Below, in pieces: positions 1 through 9,351 of a stretch of DNA of 50,064 nt (position 1 is its first letter; each line of letters begins with the position of its first letter). The notes beneath the pieces are model-generated. The model saw only the letters and a program-made list of their open reading frames with translations, did no database searches and had not been told where the DNA came from. Position numbers and translations under genes: made by a program. The DNA is from Chthoniobacteraceae bacterium (GTDB taxonomy: Bacteria > Verrucomicrobiota > Verrucomicrobiia > Chthoniobacterales > Chthoniobacteraceae), in contig JANNXQ010000047.1 in NCBI GenBank assembly GCA_031409655.1, positions 1-50,064 on the forward strand, given 5' to 3'.

Positions 1-2
1 CC

Positions 3-1265
3 GTGCTGGCGATCCCAAAACCAGACGGCGGCCCTGCCACGGCGCTGCAACTGACCAAGGCGGCTGGTGGGAACTACATCGACCCGGCGGGACCCGAATT
101 CGGCCTCAATCCGGCGATGTATGAGCTGGCGCAGATGTTCAATCAGAATGCGACGGGCGGTTACGACGTTCTGGGCAATGTGGCCGCTGTTCTCAACACG
201 GGGCCGCTGGTTTTTCCGATGACGAAGGCCCAATACGTGGCAAACTCGATCACCAAGCCGCCGCAACTTTTTTCACACGCCGATCAGGTGACCCAATGGC
301 AGACCTCGATCCCCGACCAACCGCCGCTCACTGGCTGGGGCGGACGGGTGGCAGACATCATTAACTCCGTGGCCAATCCCATGGGCAAAATTTCGATGTC
401 CGTCTCCCTCAACGGAGCCAATACCTTTGAGGTGGGAAACTTGATTTCGCAATACCAAGTCTCGACGACTGGCGCCGTGACCATGAACGGCAACCTGATG
501 ACTGGCACTGGCGCCCGCGTCCGTGCGCTCCGGGACATCCTCGCGATTAACAGCGGCACCACCACCCCGAACCTTCAGCAGCGGGCCTATGCCGATACCG
601 TCGAGCGGGCGGTCTTTACCGGAGACCTGCTCAATACCGCGATTGCGGTGGAACCCACTTGGACGTTTCCCTTTCCCACCTCATCGCTCGGCAGCCAACT
701 ACGGATGATTGCCCGGATCATTGATGCGCGGGGACCGGGCAAGTTCAACATGAACCGGCAGATCTTCTACTGCTCGGCGGGCGGCTTCGATACGCACACC
801 GCGCAGGTCGTCATCCCAAACACGACGACGAATGATCCGACCAATGTGAACGGATCCCACTACAAGCTGCTCCAGGACGTCAGCCAATGCATGTACGCCT
901 TCCAAAAGGCGATGGAGCAACTCGGCCTCGAAGATAGCGTGACGACCTTCACCGCCAGCGATTTCTCCCGCACCTTCCCCACGAACAGCCAGGGCAGCGA
1001 CCACGGCTGGGGATCTCACCACCTGATTATGGGTGGCGCAGTCAAGGGCGTCGCCAATAGTGGTGGGACCTACGGCAGCCTGCCGACCTTCGCGGTCAAC
1101 GGTCCGAACGATACCGGCCTCGGTCGTTGGATTCCGACCATCGCGGTCGATCAGCACTCTGCGACGCTCGCCAAATGGTACGGCGTGGATCCCGGTGCAA
1201 ACATGGCAGCCATCTTCCCGAACCTCGGTCGTTTCGCCACGTCAGACCTCGGGTACATGCTGTAG
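3..1265 (+). CDS. DUF1501 family protein (5'-truncated by window edge)
   Basis: Motifs FSHADQ..WQ, GWGGR, GGFDTH, SDFSRT, GSDHGWGSHHLIMGG, GRWIPT typical of DUF1501. Confidence 0.85.
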   Translation: MLAIPKPDGGPATALQLTKAAGGNYIDPAGPEFGLNPAMYELAQMFNQNATGGYDVLGNVAAVLNTGPLVFPMTKAQYVANSITKPPQLFSHADQVTQWQTSIPDQPPLTGWGGRVADIINSVANPMGKISMSVSLNGANTFEVGNLISQYQVSTTGAVTMNGNLMTGTGARVRALRDILAINSGTTTPNLQQRAYADTVERAVFTGDLLNTAIAVEPTWTFPFPTSSLGSQLRMIARIIDARGPGKFNMNRQIFYCSAGGFDTHTAQVVIPNTTTNDPTNVNGSHYKLLQDVSQCMYAFQKAMEQLGLEDSVTTFTASDFSRTFPTNSQGSDHGWGSHHLIMGGAVKGVANSGGTYGSLPTFAVNGPNDTGLGRWIPTIAVDQHSATLAKWYGVDPGANMAAIFPNLGRFATSDLGYML

Positions 1266-1416
1266 CGAGCCGCGATGAGTGGAGATCCGCGCTTCAGGGA
1301 CTCTCGACCGCCGGTTGCATCGAGGCGGCAGATGGCGAAGGCTGCGGGTAGTGTAATCCTCCTGCTTTCCCTTGCGAGACTGCTGAGTATCTGAAGCAGG
1401 ATAAGTAGGTTGGGCG

Positions 1417-1626
1417 TGTGCCGCACCCGGTTGATTGGACACCGGACAGGAAGATTCAGACAGCTCAGGGCATGGCGGAATGGAAGGCAAGACGGGCTTG
1501 AATGGGAGATTGGTGACGGAGTTTTTTGCGGCGCCAGTGGTGGTTGTAGGCGTGGTCGAAGGTGGCGACAGCGGCGCGGAGTTTGGCGAGGTTTTGGTAG
1601 GAGCGACCGTGAATGATTTGCTCCTG
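1417..1626 (-). mobile_element. IS3-family remnant: transposase C-terminus plus one terminal inverted repeat
   Basis: Minus frame EQIIHGRSYQNLAKLRAAVATFDHAYNHHWRRKKLRHQSP resembles the integrase-core C-terminus (YN..R...L...SP); TGTGCCGCACCCGGTTGATTGGACAC at 1417 resembles IS3-type TG..CA ends. Confidence 0.65.
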
Positions 1627-1637
1627 GGGGTGTAATA

Positions 1638-1740
1638 GTCCCGCCTGAATCCCTCGGCACCCCACGGCCGATCGACTTCCCCGACCCACGCCCAGTGCCC
1701 ACTGCCCGAGGCCAGGCGGGCAAGATTCCCACCCTACCCG
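1638..1740. repeat. Truncated copy of the REP-like palindromic element at 2138-2295
   Basis: GTCCCGCCTGAAT (1638) equals 2175-2187; GGCGGGCAAGATTCCCACCCTACCC matches the right arm GGCGGGCAGGATGCCCACCCTACCC. Confidence 0.7.
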
Positions 1741-2137
1741 AGAGTCGCCGTCCGCGCGCTGAGCCCAGGGCCTTACGGCCATTCGACCGTGGAAACCGGA
1801 TGAGAAGGCATGGCGTCGCCCAGACCCGCTCCCATCCCGCGGAAGGGAAAGCATCCGCTGCCGGGTGAGTTTGCCGGGTTGACAGGAGTTCCGCGTTTCC
1901 CCAGATTTTTCGTCCACTCCCCGCCGCTGCGCTTGAACGAATCTCTCTGCCAATCGCTTTGACTGACTGCGGCGATGGCAGGGATGCGCAGCGCTTGAGC
2001 GCTGCTGCGCATCGCCACAATTTGTGATTTCCGTGGCAGAAGTTTGCGCGTGTTTGCAAAATGCCATTTCAGCCAGCCCGAAGGGCTGATCCCATCTTTC
2101 AGAATCGGGATGACCTTATGCGGAACGCCGCGCGGGC

Positions 2138-2295
2138 CTTGGGTAGGGTAGGCATCCTGCCCGCCGGTTCGGGCGTCCCGCCTGAATTTTTCGGTCCGTC
2201 ACCGGCGATCGACTCCTCGATCCACGCTCCGCTTCAACGTCCGTTTGCCAGGCGGGACGCCCGGCAAGGCGGGCAGGATGCCCACCCTACCCAAG
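2138..2295. repeat. REP/REPIN-like nested inverted repeat (GGTAG type)
   Basis: Outer arms 2138-2165 and 2268-2295 match 27/28; inner arms 2170-2184 and 2249-2263 are a perfect 15-bp inverted repeat. Confidence 0.85.
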
Positions 2296-2396
2296 ACTCA
2301 CCATCCGGCTGCTGATGGCGTCTCTTTGCTTTTGAAAGATGGTATAATTTTCGCGGTCCCTCCGGGGCTACAGCCTTCGCAGCGCCGCAATCCGGC

Positions 2397-2562
2397 GATG
2401 GGATTTAAAACGCCGAGACGCAGAGACGGAAAGATCGCAAAGGAAGGGAACAACCTCATTTCCCAGGACGCGCACCCACCGGGTGAACCCATCCGCCGCC
2501 TCGATTCCGCTCTTCCTTTGCGTCCTCTGCGTCTTTGCGTCTCGGCGTTAAAAATCCCCATC
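2397..2562. repeat. MITE-like element with ~50-bp imperfect inverted arms made of 8-9-nt periodic units
   Basis: Left arm GGATTTAAAACGCCGAGACGCAGAGACGGAAAGATCGCAAAGGAAG vs reverse complement of right arm GGATTTTTAACGCCGAGACGCAAAGACGCAGAGGACGCAAAGGAAG. Confidence 0.75.
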
Positions 2563-2671
2563 CCGCTTTCAGGATAATAGGAAGGAGATGACTTCCTGTG
2601 TTCTTCCGATCTGGGCCATCGGTGTCATCTGTGGTTGAATTATCCGTGGCCTCCCGGCACGCCGCGCCCGG

Positions 2672-5600
2672 CTACGGCTTGAGTGACACGACGTACTCGA
2701 CGATGTCGCGGAGGTCGCGGTGGCTGAGCATTTCGCCATAGCCTGGGGGCATGCCGCTCGCGGCGCTGGCTTCGCGGGTGGCGATGTCCGCTTTCTTCAC
2801 TTGCACCACGGGTGCGCCGGGCGCGGGCATCTGGAGGGAGAGGGTGTCCGCGGTCTCTTCGCGGACCACGCCCATCTGCACGTCACCGCTCTTCGTCGTG
2901 ACGAGCACGCTCTGGAAACCTTCGGCGATGGTGGCGTTGGGATTGACGATCGCTTCGAGCAGAGAGCGGCGGTCCATCTTCGCGCCGATCTCGGTGAGAT
3001 TGGGTCCGGCATCACCGCCGCTTTCACTCACCTTGTGACAGCGCAGGCACTGGGCGACGGCGTGCTCCTTGAAAAGGATTTCTCCTTTCGCTTTGTCGCC
3101 ACCTTCCAGGGCAAAGGCAAAGCGGGCGAGGGGATCGGTCGCGGGCAGGTTTGCCTGCCAGGCCGCGAGCTTCGTCTTGAGGTCGGGGCTCGGGCGTTTG
3201 CCGGCGGCTTCGAGCACTTCGAGTTGCGCTTGGGCGGGGATCTTGCCGGCCTTGAAGTCGTCGAAGATTGCGCTCAGGGCGGTGTCGGCGCTGGCTCCCT
3301 TGAGGTCGCCGAGGGCGACGAGGATTTGTTTTTTTTCCTCCGGCTCCGCACCGGCAAAGGCCGCGCTGAGTTGCCGCGCGGATTCCTCGGGATCGAGCTT
3401 GCCGAGCATCGTGCTGGCTTCGACGCGGAGGGCTGCGGCAGGGTCGGTGAGGGCGAGCTTCACCGCTTCGCCAAGTTCCGGAGCTTCGAGACTGCCAAGG
3501 GCACGAAGCGCTGCGCCGCGCACCTTTGCGGGGAGCCCGCTCTCCTTCATCACGGTGAGAAGCAGCGGGGCCATGGTCCTGGCTTCGAGCTGACTGATGG
3601 CGTCGATGGCCGCGGTGGCAATGGCGGGCGCCTTGGCAAAGACGACTTCGCGGGTGATGCCGCCGAGCGCAGAAATGGCGGGCTGGCCATCTCGGGCAGC
3701 GAGCGGACGGAAGACGCCGGCCACGCGATCGCGCTGCGGTGGCTTTGCGTACATGCCGAGCAGCTTGAGCGCTTCGATGCGCAGCGGTTCGGCGCGCGAG
3801 TTGTCCGCCGCAAACTTCGCCAGGGCGGCCGCATCGCCGGAACGAAACGCGGCATTCAGGGCGCGGAGGGTGAGATTCTGATCGTCCCTTGGCTTGGCGA
3901 GAAGTGCGGCGAGCGCGGGATACGCAGCGGTGATCCCGATGTCATTGATCGCCCGCGCGGCTTCCTGCACGAGCGCCGGGTCAGCGTCGGAAAGAAAACC
4001 CGCGAGCTCCGCGTCCTCCGAGCGCCGCAGCGCGAGCAGCGCGGCGAGACGGACGTCGCGCGACTTCGACTTCGCCGCTTCGTTGATTGCTTCGGTCCCG
4101 ATGGTGGCGAGCGCCCGGACGCCCGCATGGCGGAGGAACTGATCCTTGTCATCGTTCTCCTCCAGCATCTTGATGACGCCCAAGGTGCAAATCTGCGCGT
4201 CCTTGGCTCCCAGCTTCGCGATGCCTTGCGCGGCAAAAAAGCGGACGCGCGGACTGGGGTCGTTCAACCCTAACGTCAGAGTGGCGACCAAGGTCGATGC
4301 CCGCTCCTTTTGACTTCCGTCGCCGATGACCTTGACGGCCTGCGCACGCACTTCCTCGTCAGGCTCGGTGCTGACGTAAGTGAGGGACAGCAAGTCGGCG
4401 GCGGCGCTCTTTTCCTGCGCGTATGCGGCCATGCGGGCCGATTGCCCGAGCGCCCAGATGGCATGGAGCCGCGGGAGGCGCTCGGTGCCTTTCATCGCCA
4501 GATTCAAGAGCGGCATCCCGGAATCTGACTTCGCCGCCAGCGCCCACTGCGCGCGCAAGCGGATGCGCTGATCCTTGTGGCTGAGCAACGCGATGAGTTC
4601 GCCCGTCGGGCGCTGCTTGAAGCCTTCCTTCAAGAGCCGCTGCACTTCCGCGATCGGCTTCGCCTGTTCGGTGCGCGCGGCGGCATGTTCGAGTTTGATG
4701 ATGCGGCCGCGGCCCGTGCCTTCCCAACCTTCACCCCACTCGGTAAAGTACATCCGTGAGTCAGGGCCGAAGTCCACGTCGGTGGCTTGCACATTGTCCA
4801 CGAAGGTCGCGGGTGATTTCTCGACGGCAAAGCCCGCGCCGTCCGGCTGCACTTTCCACCACGAGATCGCCGAGCGGGCGCTGGAGCCTTTGAAGCCGCA
4901 GACGAAGAAGGCGTCGTCGTATTCCGCGGGCAGGCCGGTGCCGGGATTGTGGACCACGCCGCTCGGGCCGTCGGGGATGTTCAGGATCGGCGAGAGCACC
5001 CACGCGGGCGTGTCTGCCTGGCGCGGCATCCAGAGTTTTTCCGTGAGCCACATGTTGCGCTCTTTGCCCAGTGGCGGGTGCTGCCAGCCGATGCGCCAGC
5101 CGGAATCGCCGCCTTCCACGAGATACACCCAGCGCTCGCGGTCGCCTTGATCGCAGTCGTTGTCGCCGGTGAAGAGATTGCCGTAGTCGTCGAAGGCGAG
5201 TTCCTGCGGATTGCGGAGGCCACGATAGACGAGCTCCAGGTGCGAGCCGTCGAGTTCACAGCGGAAGACGGCGCCTTCATCGGGCAGGGCGAGAGTCTGG
5301 CCTTCCTTCGTCACGACGTGGGCGCCGCGGTCGCCGAAGGAAAAATAGAGCCGTCCATCCGGGCCGAGCGCGAGGCCGTGCATGTCGTGACCGGTGAAGC
5401 TGAAACGCACGCCGTAGCCGGAACTGAGCGATTCCTTTTTCTCCGCACGTCCGTCCGCGGCGAGGCCGGTCATGCGCCAGAGATTCGGGATATTCGTGAA
5501 GAAGACCTGGCCGTCGTGCGCGAGGATGCCGGAGGCGATGCCATCGAGCATCGTCGTGAAGCCTTCGGCATAGACGCGCGAGGAGTCGGCTTTGCCCGTG

Positions 5601-6079
5601 CCTTTGGTGTCCTCGATGACGCGCACGATCTCGGTCTGCTTTTCGAGTTCCTTCCAGTCGTTGGGGAAGTTGCGCTTCGACATCGCGATGCGGTCGTCGG
5701 TGGTGCGGCACGCCATGTCGTCTTCGAGCATGAACATGTAGTGCCGGATATCGAGGACGCTGCTCCGGTAGCGATTCGTCTCTGCGGTGAAGACGCGGCC
5801 CTGCGCATCGATGGTGAAGGCGACAGGGTTGCCGAGCATTGGCTCCGCGGCCCAGACGTCGGCGGTGAAGCCAGAGGGCAGCCCGAATTTCGCCATGGCC
5901 TTGCGCGGCTCATCGGAAGCGGGCTGCAAGTGTGGCGTAGGGTCGCGCGGGTCGGGCTTCAAGGCTCCGGCGGCGGAACCACCGATCGCGATGTCCGCCC
6001 CATGAGAGAAATGAACGAGGCCGAGGGCAAGGAAGCCGCAGAGTAAAGCGGGACGACGAGAGAGGCGGGGTCTGGACAT
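2672..6079 (-). CDS. PVC-type heme-binding protein: membrane-bound dehydrogenase-like beta-propeller + HEAT repeats + cytochrome c
   Basis: Signal peptide; WAAEPML.NPVA, GLRNPQELAFD, DNDCD; HEAT-like repeats; C-terminal CLRCH ... GPNL ... SGMP. Start set at ATG 6079. Confidence 0.85.
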   Translation of the reverse strand: MSRPRLSRRPALLCGFLALGLVHFSHGADIAIGGSAAGALKPDPRDPTPHLQPASDEPRKAMAKFGLPSGFTADVWAAEPMLGNPVAFTIDAQGRVFTAETNRYRSSVLDIRHYMFMLEDDMACRTTDDRIAMSKRNFPNDWKELEKQTEIVRVIEDTKGTGKADSSRVYAEGFTTMLDGIASGILAHDGQVFFTNIPNLWRMTGLAADGRAEKKESLSSGYGVRFSFTGHDMHGLALGPDGRLYFSFGDRGAHVVTKEGQTLALPDEGAVFRCELDGSHLELVYRGLRNPQELAFDDYGNLFTGDNDCDQGDRERWVYLVEGGDSGWRIGWQHPPLGKERNMWLTEKLWMPRQADTPAWVLSPILNIPDGPSGVVHNPGTGLPAEYDDAFFVCGFKGSSARSAISWWKVQPDGAGFAVEKSPATFVDNVQATDVDFGPDSRMYFTEWGEGWEGTGRGRIIKLEHAAARTEQAKPIAEVQRLLKEGFKQRPTGELIALLSHKDQRIRLRAQWALAAKSDSGMPLLNLAMKGTERLPRLHAIWALGQSARMAAYAQEKSAAADLLSLTYVSTEPDEEVRAQAVKVIGDGSQKERASTLVATLTLGLNDPSPRVRFFAAQGIAKLGAKDAQICTLGVIKMLEENDDKDQFLRHAGVRALATIGTEAINEAAKSKSRDVRLAALLALRRSEDAELAGFLSDADPALVQEAARAINDIGITAAYPALAALLAKPRDDQNLTLRALNAAFRSGDAAALAKFAADNSRAEPLRIEALKLLGMYAKPPQRDRVAGVFRPLAARDGQPAISALGGITREVVFAKAPAIATAAIDAISQLEARTMAPLLLTVMKESGLPAKVRGAALRALGSLEAPELGEAVKLALTDPAAALRVEASTMLGKLDPEESARQLSAAFAGAEPEEKKQILVALGDLKGASADTALSAIFDDFKAGKIPAQAQLEVLEAAGKRPSPDLKTKLAAWQANLPATDPLARFAFALEGGDKAKGEILFKEHAVAQCLRCHKVSESGGDAGPNLTEIGAKMDRRSLLEAIVNPNATIAEGFQSVLVTTKSGDVQMGVVREETADTLSLQMPAPGAPVVQVKKADIATREASAASGMPPGYGEMLSHRDLRDIVEYVVSLKP

Positions 6080-6245
6080 GGGGCGCGAATCTAAGAACGC
6101 CGCCCAATGAAGCAAGGATGCGTGTGGATCCCGGTGAATGACGCGCTCCGCGCGCTATGCGAAAATTAGCGCCGCTGGCCCTTTTTTTACACGAGGCGCA
6201 TTCGCGCGAAGGTTTTGCCATGCCGCGCGGAGCGCGCCATCCACC

Positions 6246-6584
6246 TCAGCCTGGAGGCCAGTGCAGGCCGCGTCCGCCGAGGACGTGGAGGTGCAGGTGG
6301 GGCACGGATTCGCCGGCGTCGCGGCCGTTGTTGATCACGACGCGATAACCGCCTTCCGCGAGGCCGAGCTTTTCCGCGATCTCCCGCGAGGCGAGGAGCA
6401 TGCGCCCGAGCAGATCGGCATCCGTGGGCTCGGCCTCGCTGAGCCGCGGGATGCAACGCCGCGGGATGATGAGCACGTGGACTGGCGCCTGCGGATTGAC
6501 GTCGTGGAAGGCAATGAAATCCGCGCCCTCGTGAACGATCCGGGCGGGGATTTCGCCAGCGGCGATTTTCTCGAAGATCGTCAT
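6246..6584 (-). CDS. hinT: HIT-family (HinT-like) nucleotide hydrolase
   Basis: TIFEKI..GEIPA, FHDVNPQAPVHVLIIP, VPHLHLHVLGGR..WPPG; ATGA overlap with upstream gene. Confidence 0.9.
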   Translation of the reverse strand: MTIFEKIAAGEIPARIVHEGADFIAFHDVNPQAPVHVLIIPRRCIPRLSEAEPTDADLLGRMLLASREIAEKLGLAEGGYRVVINNGRDAGESVPHLHLHVLGGRGLHWPPG

Positions 6585-7141
6585 AGCAGGGAGAAGGTGA
6601 TCTCGTGCCGGGCGCCCGCGGCGGACGTTTGCTCGCGGGTGAAATTCACGATCTCGGCGCGCAGGGCATCGCTGGCGCGGCTGCGCGTTTTGCAGGAGCA
6701 GAGGAGGCGCACGCATTTATCGAGGCCGAGCAATTCGAAATCGCAGACCGCACTCTGCACGAGCTCCTGCAGGCGCCGACCGAGCAGATCGAAGAACGCC
6801 AGCTCGTAGCCCGCGCCAGCTTCGCGCGCCAGGTCCACGAGGGAGACGCGCTGGCGCGGCGGGCCGGGCTGGAAGTGGCGCGCGACTTCCGCGTAGCCGA
6901 TCACTTGCAAGACGGATTGCACCGCCGTCGTGAGCCGATCCACCGGCATCACATTCAACTCTTCCTGATCGCGCAGAAATTCCGTGACGCTCTCCGCCAC
7001 ATGCTCCGCGAGCCACCACTTCGCGTAGCCGGCGCGCAGGGCCGCCCGCGCCAGCGAACGGACCAGCCAATCGCGCTCAAACGCGACGGCCTGGCCGCTG
7101 GCCAGTTCGATCACCGGGAGATGGTCGTGAAAAGCGATCAT
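6581..7141 (-). CDS. Hypothetical protein with degenerate ATP-cone-like N-terminal domain
   Basis: VIELASGQAVAFERDWLVRSLARAA..LAEHVAESV..VQSVLQVIGYAEVARHF follows the ATP-cone pattern but lacks KRDG. Confidence 0.6.
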   Translation of the reverse strand: MIAFHDHLPVIELASGQAVAFERDWLVRSLARAALRAGYAKWWLAEHVAESVTEFLRDQEELNVMPVDRLTTAVQSVLQVIGYAEVARHFQPGPPRQRVSLVDLAREAGAGYELAFFDLLGRRLQELVQSAVCDFELLGLDKCVRLLCSCKTRSRASDALRAEIVNFTREQTSAAGARHEITFSLL

Positions 7142-7147
7142 TGGGGA

Positions 7148-7238
7148 AAGGAAGAAGGAGGAAGGAGGAAGTAGGAAGTGATCACCGCGCTTCGCGCGCG
7201 CAGGGATTCTGCCTTCTTACTTCTGCCTTCTGCCTTCA
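7148..7238. repeat. Empty 7-bp periodic inverted-repeat element between nrdR and the next gene
   Basis: AAGGAAG-AAGGAGG-AAGGAGG-AAGTAGG vs (minus) TG-AAGGCAG-AAGGCAG-AAGTAAG-AAGGCAG; central CGCGC-TTC-GCGCG. Confidence 0.7.
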
Positions 7239-7724
7239 TTTGAAGAGCTCCGGTTGCAGCTTGCTGGGCTTTGGCCGGCGTTCCAGTTGTTGGATTTCTT
7301 CGATGAATTCGCCGATGTCCTGAAAGTGCCGATAGACCGATGCGTAGCGCACGTAGGCCACTTCATCGAGCCCGTGCAGGCGGTTCATGACTTTCGCGCC
7401 GATGACGTGCGAGGGGATCTCGCGGTGAAATTCGTTCTCGATTTCGAGGATGATTTCGTCCGCGGCCTTTTCGAGCTTTTCCACCGAGACGGGCCGCTTC
7501 TCGCAGGCCTTGATCATCCCGGAGAGGAGCTTCTGTTTGCTCATGGCTTCGCTGCGGCCATCCCGTTTCGCCACGCGGAGATCGTTGCGTTCGATCTCTT
7601 CGTAGGTGGTGAAGCGATGCGTGCAGGCGGCGCATTCTCGGCGGCGTCGAATCGCCTTCCCGTCTTTGGAAAGGCGGGAGTCGATGACTTTATCCTCAAC
7701 TCCTCCGCATTTGGAGCAATACAT
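7236..7724 (-). CDS. nrdR: Transcriptional repressor NrdR
   Basis: CSKC..KVIDSR..IRRRRECAAC..RFTTYE zinc ribbon; KRDG ATP cone; DEVAYVRYASVY. Confidence 0.97.
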   Translation of the reverse strand: MYCSKCGGVEDKVIDSRLSKDGKAIRRRRECAACTHRFTTYEEIERNDLRVAKRDGRSEAMSKQKLLSGMIKACEKRPVSVEKLEKAADEIILEIENEFHREIPSHVIGAKVMNRLHGLDEVAYVRYASVYRHFQDIGEFIEEIQQLERRPKPSKLQPELFK

Positions 7725-7773
7725 CTTGTGGTTTAGGGGCGCAGCTACACGCGTTTAACTCAACAGATTGTGG
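7716..7773. promoter_or_regulatory. Tandem NrdR boxes (7716-7731, 7758-7773)
   Basis: GCAATACATCTTGTGG and (minus) CCACAATCTGTTGAGT fit acaCwAtATaTwGtgt; 42-bp offset; TTGACA on minus strand at 7774-7779. Confidence 0.75.
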
Positions 7774-7847
7774 TGTCAATCGGCGAATTGGGATTTGGCA
7801 AATTTGCGGTTTAAGTTTCACGGCCTCGACCGCTACTACTTTCCTCC

Positions 7848-8327
7848 ATGCCCGCGCCGAAACTTCAGACTCCCGCCGAACTCGCGGCCTTCCGCGAAAA
7901 GCTCGGGGCGCGTGGCCAGCGTCTGGTTTTCACGAACGGTTGTTTCGATCTGCTGCACGTCGGTCATGTGCGTTACCTCCAGGCGGCCCGCGCGCTCGGC
8001 GATGCGCTCGTGGTCGCGGTCAATGGCGATGCTTCGGTGCGCGCGCTGAAAGGGCCGACGCGTCCGGTCAATGGGGAGGAAGATCGCGCCGAGGTGCTGG
8101 CAGCGCTGGCCTGCGTGGATGCGGTCACGATTTTCCACGAGGAGCGCGTCACGGATCTCGTCCGCGCCATCCGTCCGCAGGTCTATGCGAAAGGCGGCGA
8201 CTACACTGTGGCATCGCTCGATGCGGGAGAACGCGCGGCGCTCGAAGAAATCGGTGCCGAGATCCGCATCCTGCCGCTGGTGCCCGGAAAATCCACGACC
8301 GCGATCCTGGAGCGGGCCTCCCGATGA
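7848..8327 (+). CDS. rfaE2: D-glycero-beta-D-manno-heptose 1-phosphate adenylyltransferase (RfaE domain II/HldC-like)
   Basis: VFTNGCFDLLHVGHVRYL, VNGDASVRALKGPTRP, KGGDY, STT. Confidence 0.9.
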   Translation: MPAPKLQTPAELAAFREKLGARGQRLVFTNGCFDLLHVGHVRYLQAARALGDALVVAVNGDASVRALKGPTRPVNGEEDRAEVLAALACVDAVTIFHEERVTDLVRAIRPQVYAKGGDYTVASLDAGERAALEEIGAEIRILPLVPGKSTTAILERASR

Positions 8328-8908
8328 GCCAGAAACCGCCACTCGCTCTGGGCGTCCTCGGTTCCGGCAGAGGCTCAAATTTTCGGGCCATCGCCGATGC
8401 CATCGCGCGCGGCGAGCTGGCCGCCGAAGTGCGCATCGTGCTCAGCGATGTGGAGGATGCGGGCATCCTCGACCTGGCCCGCGAGCGTGGGCTGCGCGCC
8501 GAGTATCTCGCGCCGGGCCGCTTTAAGACGAAGCTCGAGCCCGAAGCCGAGACGCGCCTCGTGGAACTGCTGCGCGCGGCTGGCGTCGAACTCGTGGTGC
8601 TCGCCGGCTATCTGCGGATGGTGAAGGCGCCGCTGCTCGAGGCCTTCCCCCGCCGCATCATCAATATCCACCCTTCGCTGCTCCCGGCGTTTCCCGGACT
8701 CGAATCCTGGCGCCAGGCACTGAACGCCGGTGCGACAAAGACTGGCTGCACCGTTCACTACGTGGACGCGGGCATGGATACCGGCGAGATCATCGCGCAG
8801 AGCGAAGTGCCAGTGCGGCCCGGCGATACCGCCGAGTCGCTCCACGCGCGCATCCAGGTGGCGGAACATCGGCTGTATCCGCAGGTGCTCGCGGGCCTCG
8901 CGCGCTGA
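8324..8908 (+). CDS. purN: Phosphoribosylglycinamide formyltransferase
   Basis: SGRGSNFRAI, LAGYLR, INIHPSLLPAFPG, GCTVHYVDAGMDTG; ATGA overlap at 8324-8327. Confidence 0.95.
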   Translation: MSQKPPLALGVLGSGRGSNFRAIADAIARGELAAEVRIVLSDVEDAGILDLARERGLRAEYLAPGRFKTKLEPEAETRLVELLRAAGVELVVLAGYLRMVKAPLLEAFPRRIINIHPSLLPAFPGLESWRQALNAGATKTGCTVHYVDAGMDTGEIIAQSEVPVRPGDTAESLHARIQVAEHRLYPQVLAGLAR

Positions 8909-8919
8909 CCGAGCGGGCG

Positions 8920-8962
8920 AAAAAGCGACGCCCCACTGGCGGTGAAACCAATGGGGCGTCGT
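8920..8962 (-). terminator. Intrinsic terminator between convergent purN and SWIB genes
   Basis: Stem GCGACGCCCCACTGG / CCAATGGGGCGTCGT with A5 on the left (U-tract on minus strand). Confidence 0.6.
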
Positions 8963-9060
8963 TGCTGCAAATCAATCAATCCGCGGAGGGACCTGGCGAA
9001 TCATCACTGCTTCAAACCTGAAGCGGGATGGAATCCGATCGCCTGCGGATCGGGCCGGAA

Positions 9061-9351
9061 TCAAGCGATGTGTCCCGAGACGAGTTTCGTCATCTCGAAC
9101 ATCGTGACCGTCTTCTTGCCATTGAAGACCGCTTTCAGCGCGTCGTCGGCGTTGATGTTGGTCTTCTTCTTGGGGTCCTGAAGTTTGTTTTTCTTGATGT
9201 AGTCCCAGAGCTTTTTGGTCAGTTCGCTACGGGGCAGCGGCTTGGAGCCGACGATCAGGGAGAGCTTGTCGTCCGGTTGGACGGGCTTCATGAAGGCGGC
9301 GTTTGGTTTGCGTGCAGTGGTTTTTTTAGGAGCGGGTTTGGGTGTGGGCAT
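9061..9351 (-). CDS. Standalone SWIB/MDM2-domain protein
   Basis: NAAFMKPVQP..L..IVG..PLPRSELTKKLWDYIKKNKLQDP..INADDALK..MFEMTKLVS. Confidence 0.92.
   Translation of the reverse strand: MPTPKPAPKKTTARKPNAAFMKPVQPDDKLSLIVGSKPLPRSELTKKLWDYIKKNKLQDPKKKTNINADDALKAVFNGKKTVTMFEMTKLVSGHIA

Noticed and set aside
1151..2577. ORFs 1151-2059, 2061-2315, 2245-2577, 2298-2561
   Set aside because: Translations of repeat DNA; only the IS3-like tail of 1465-2067 is meaningful.
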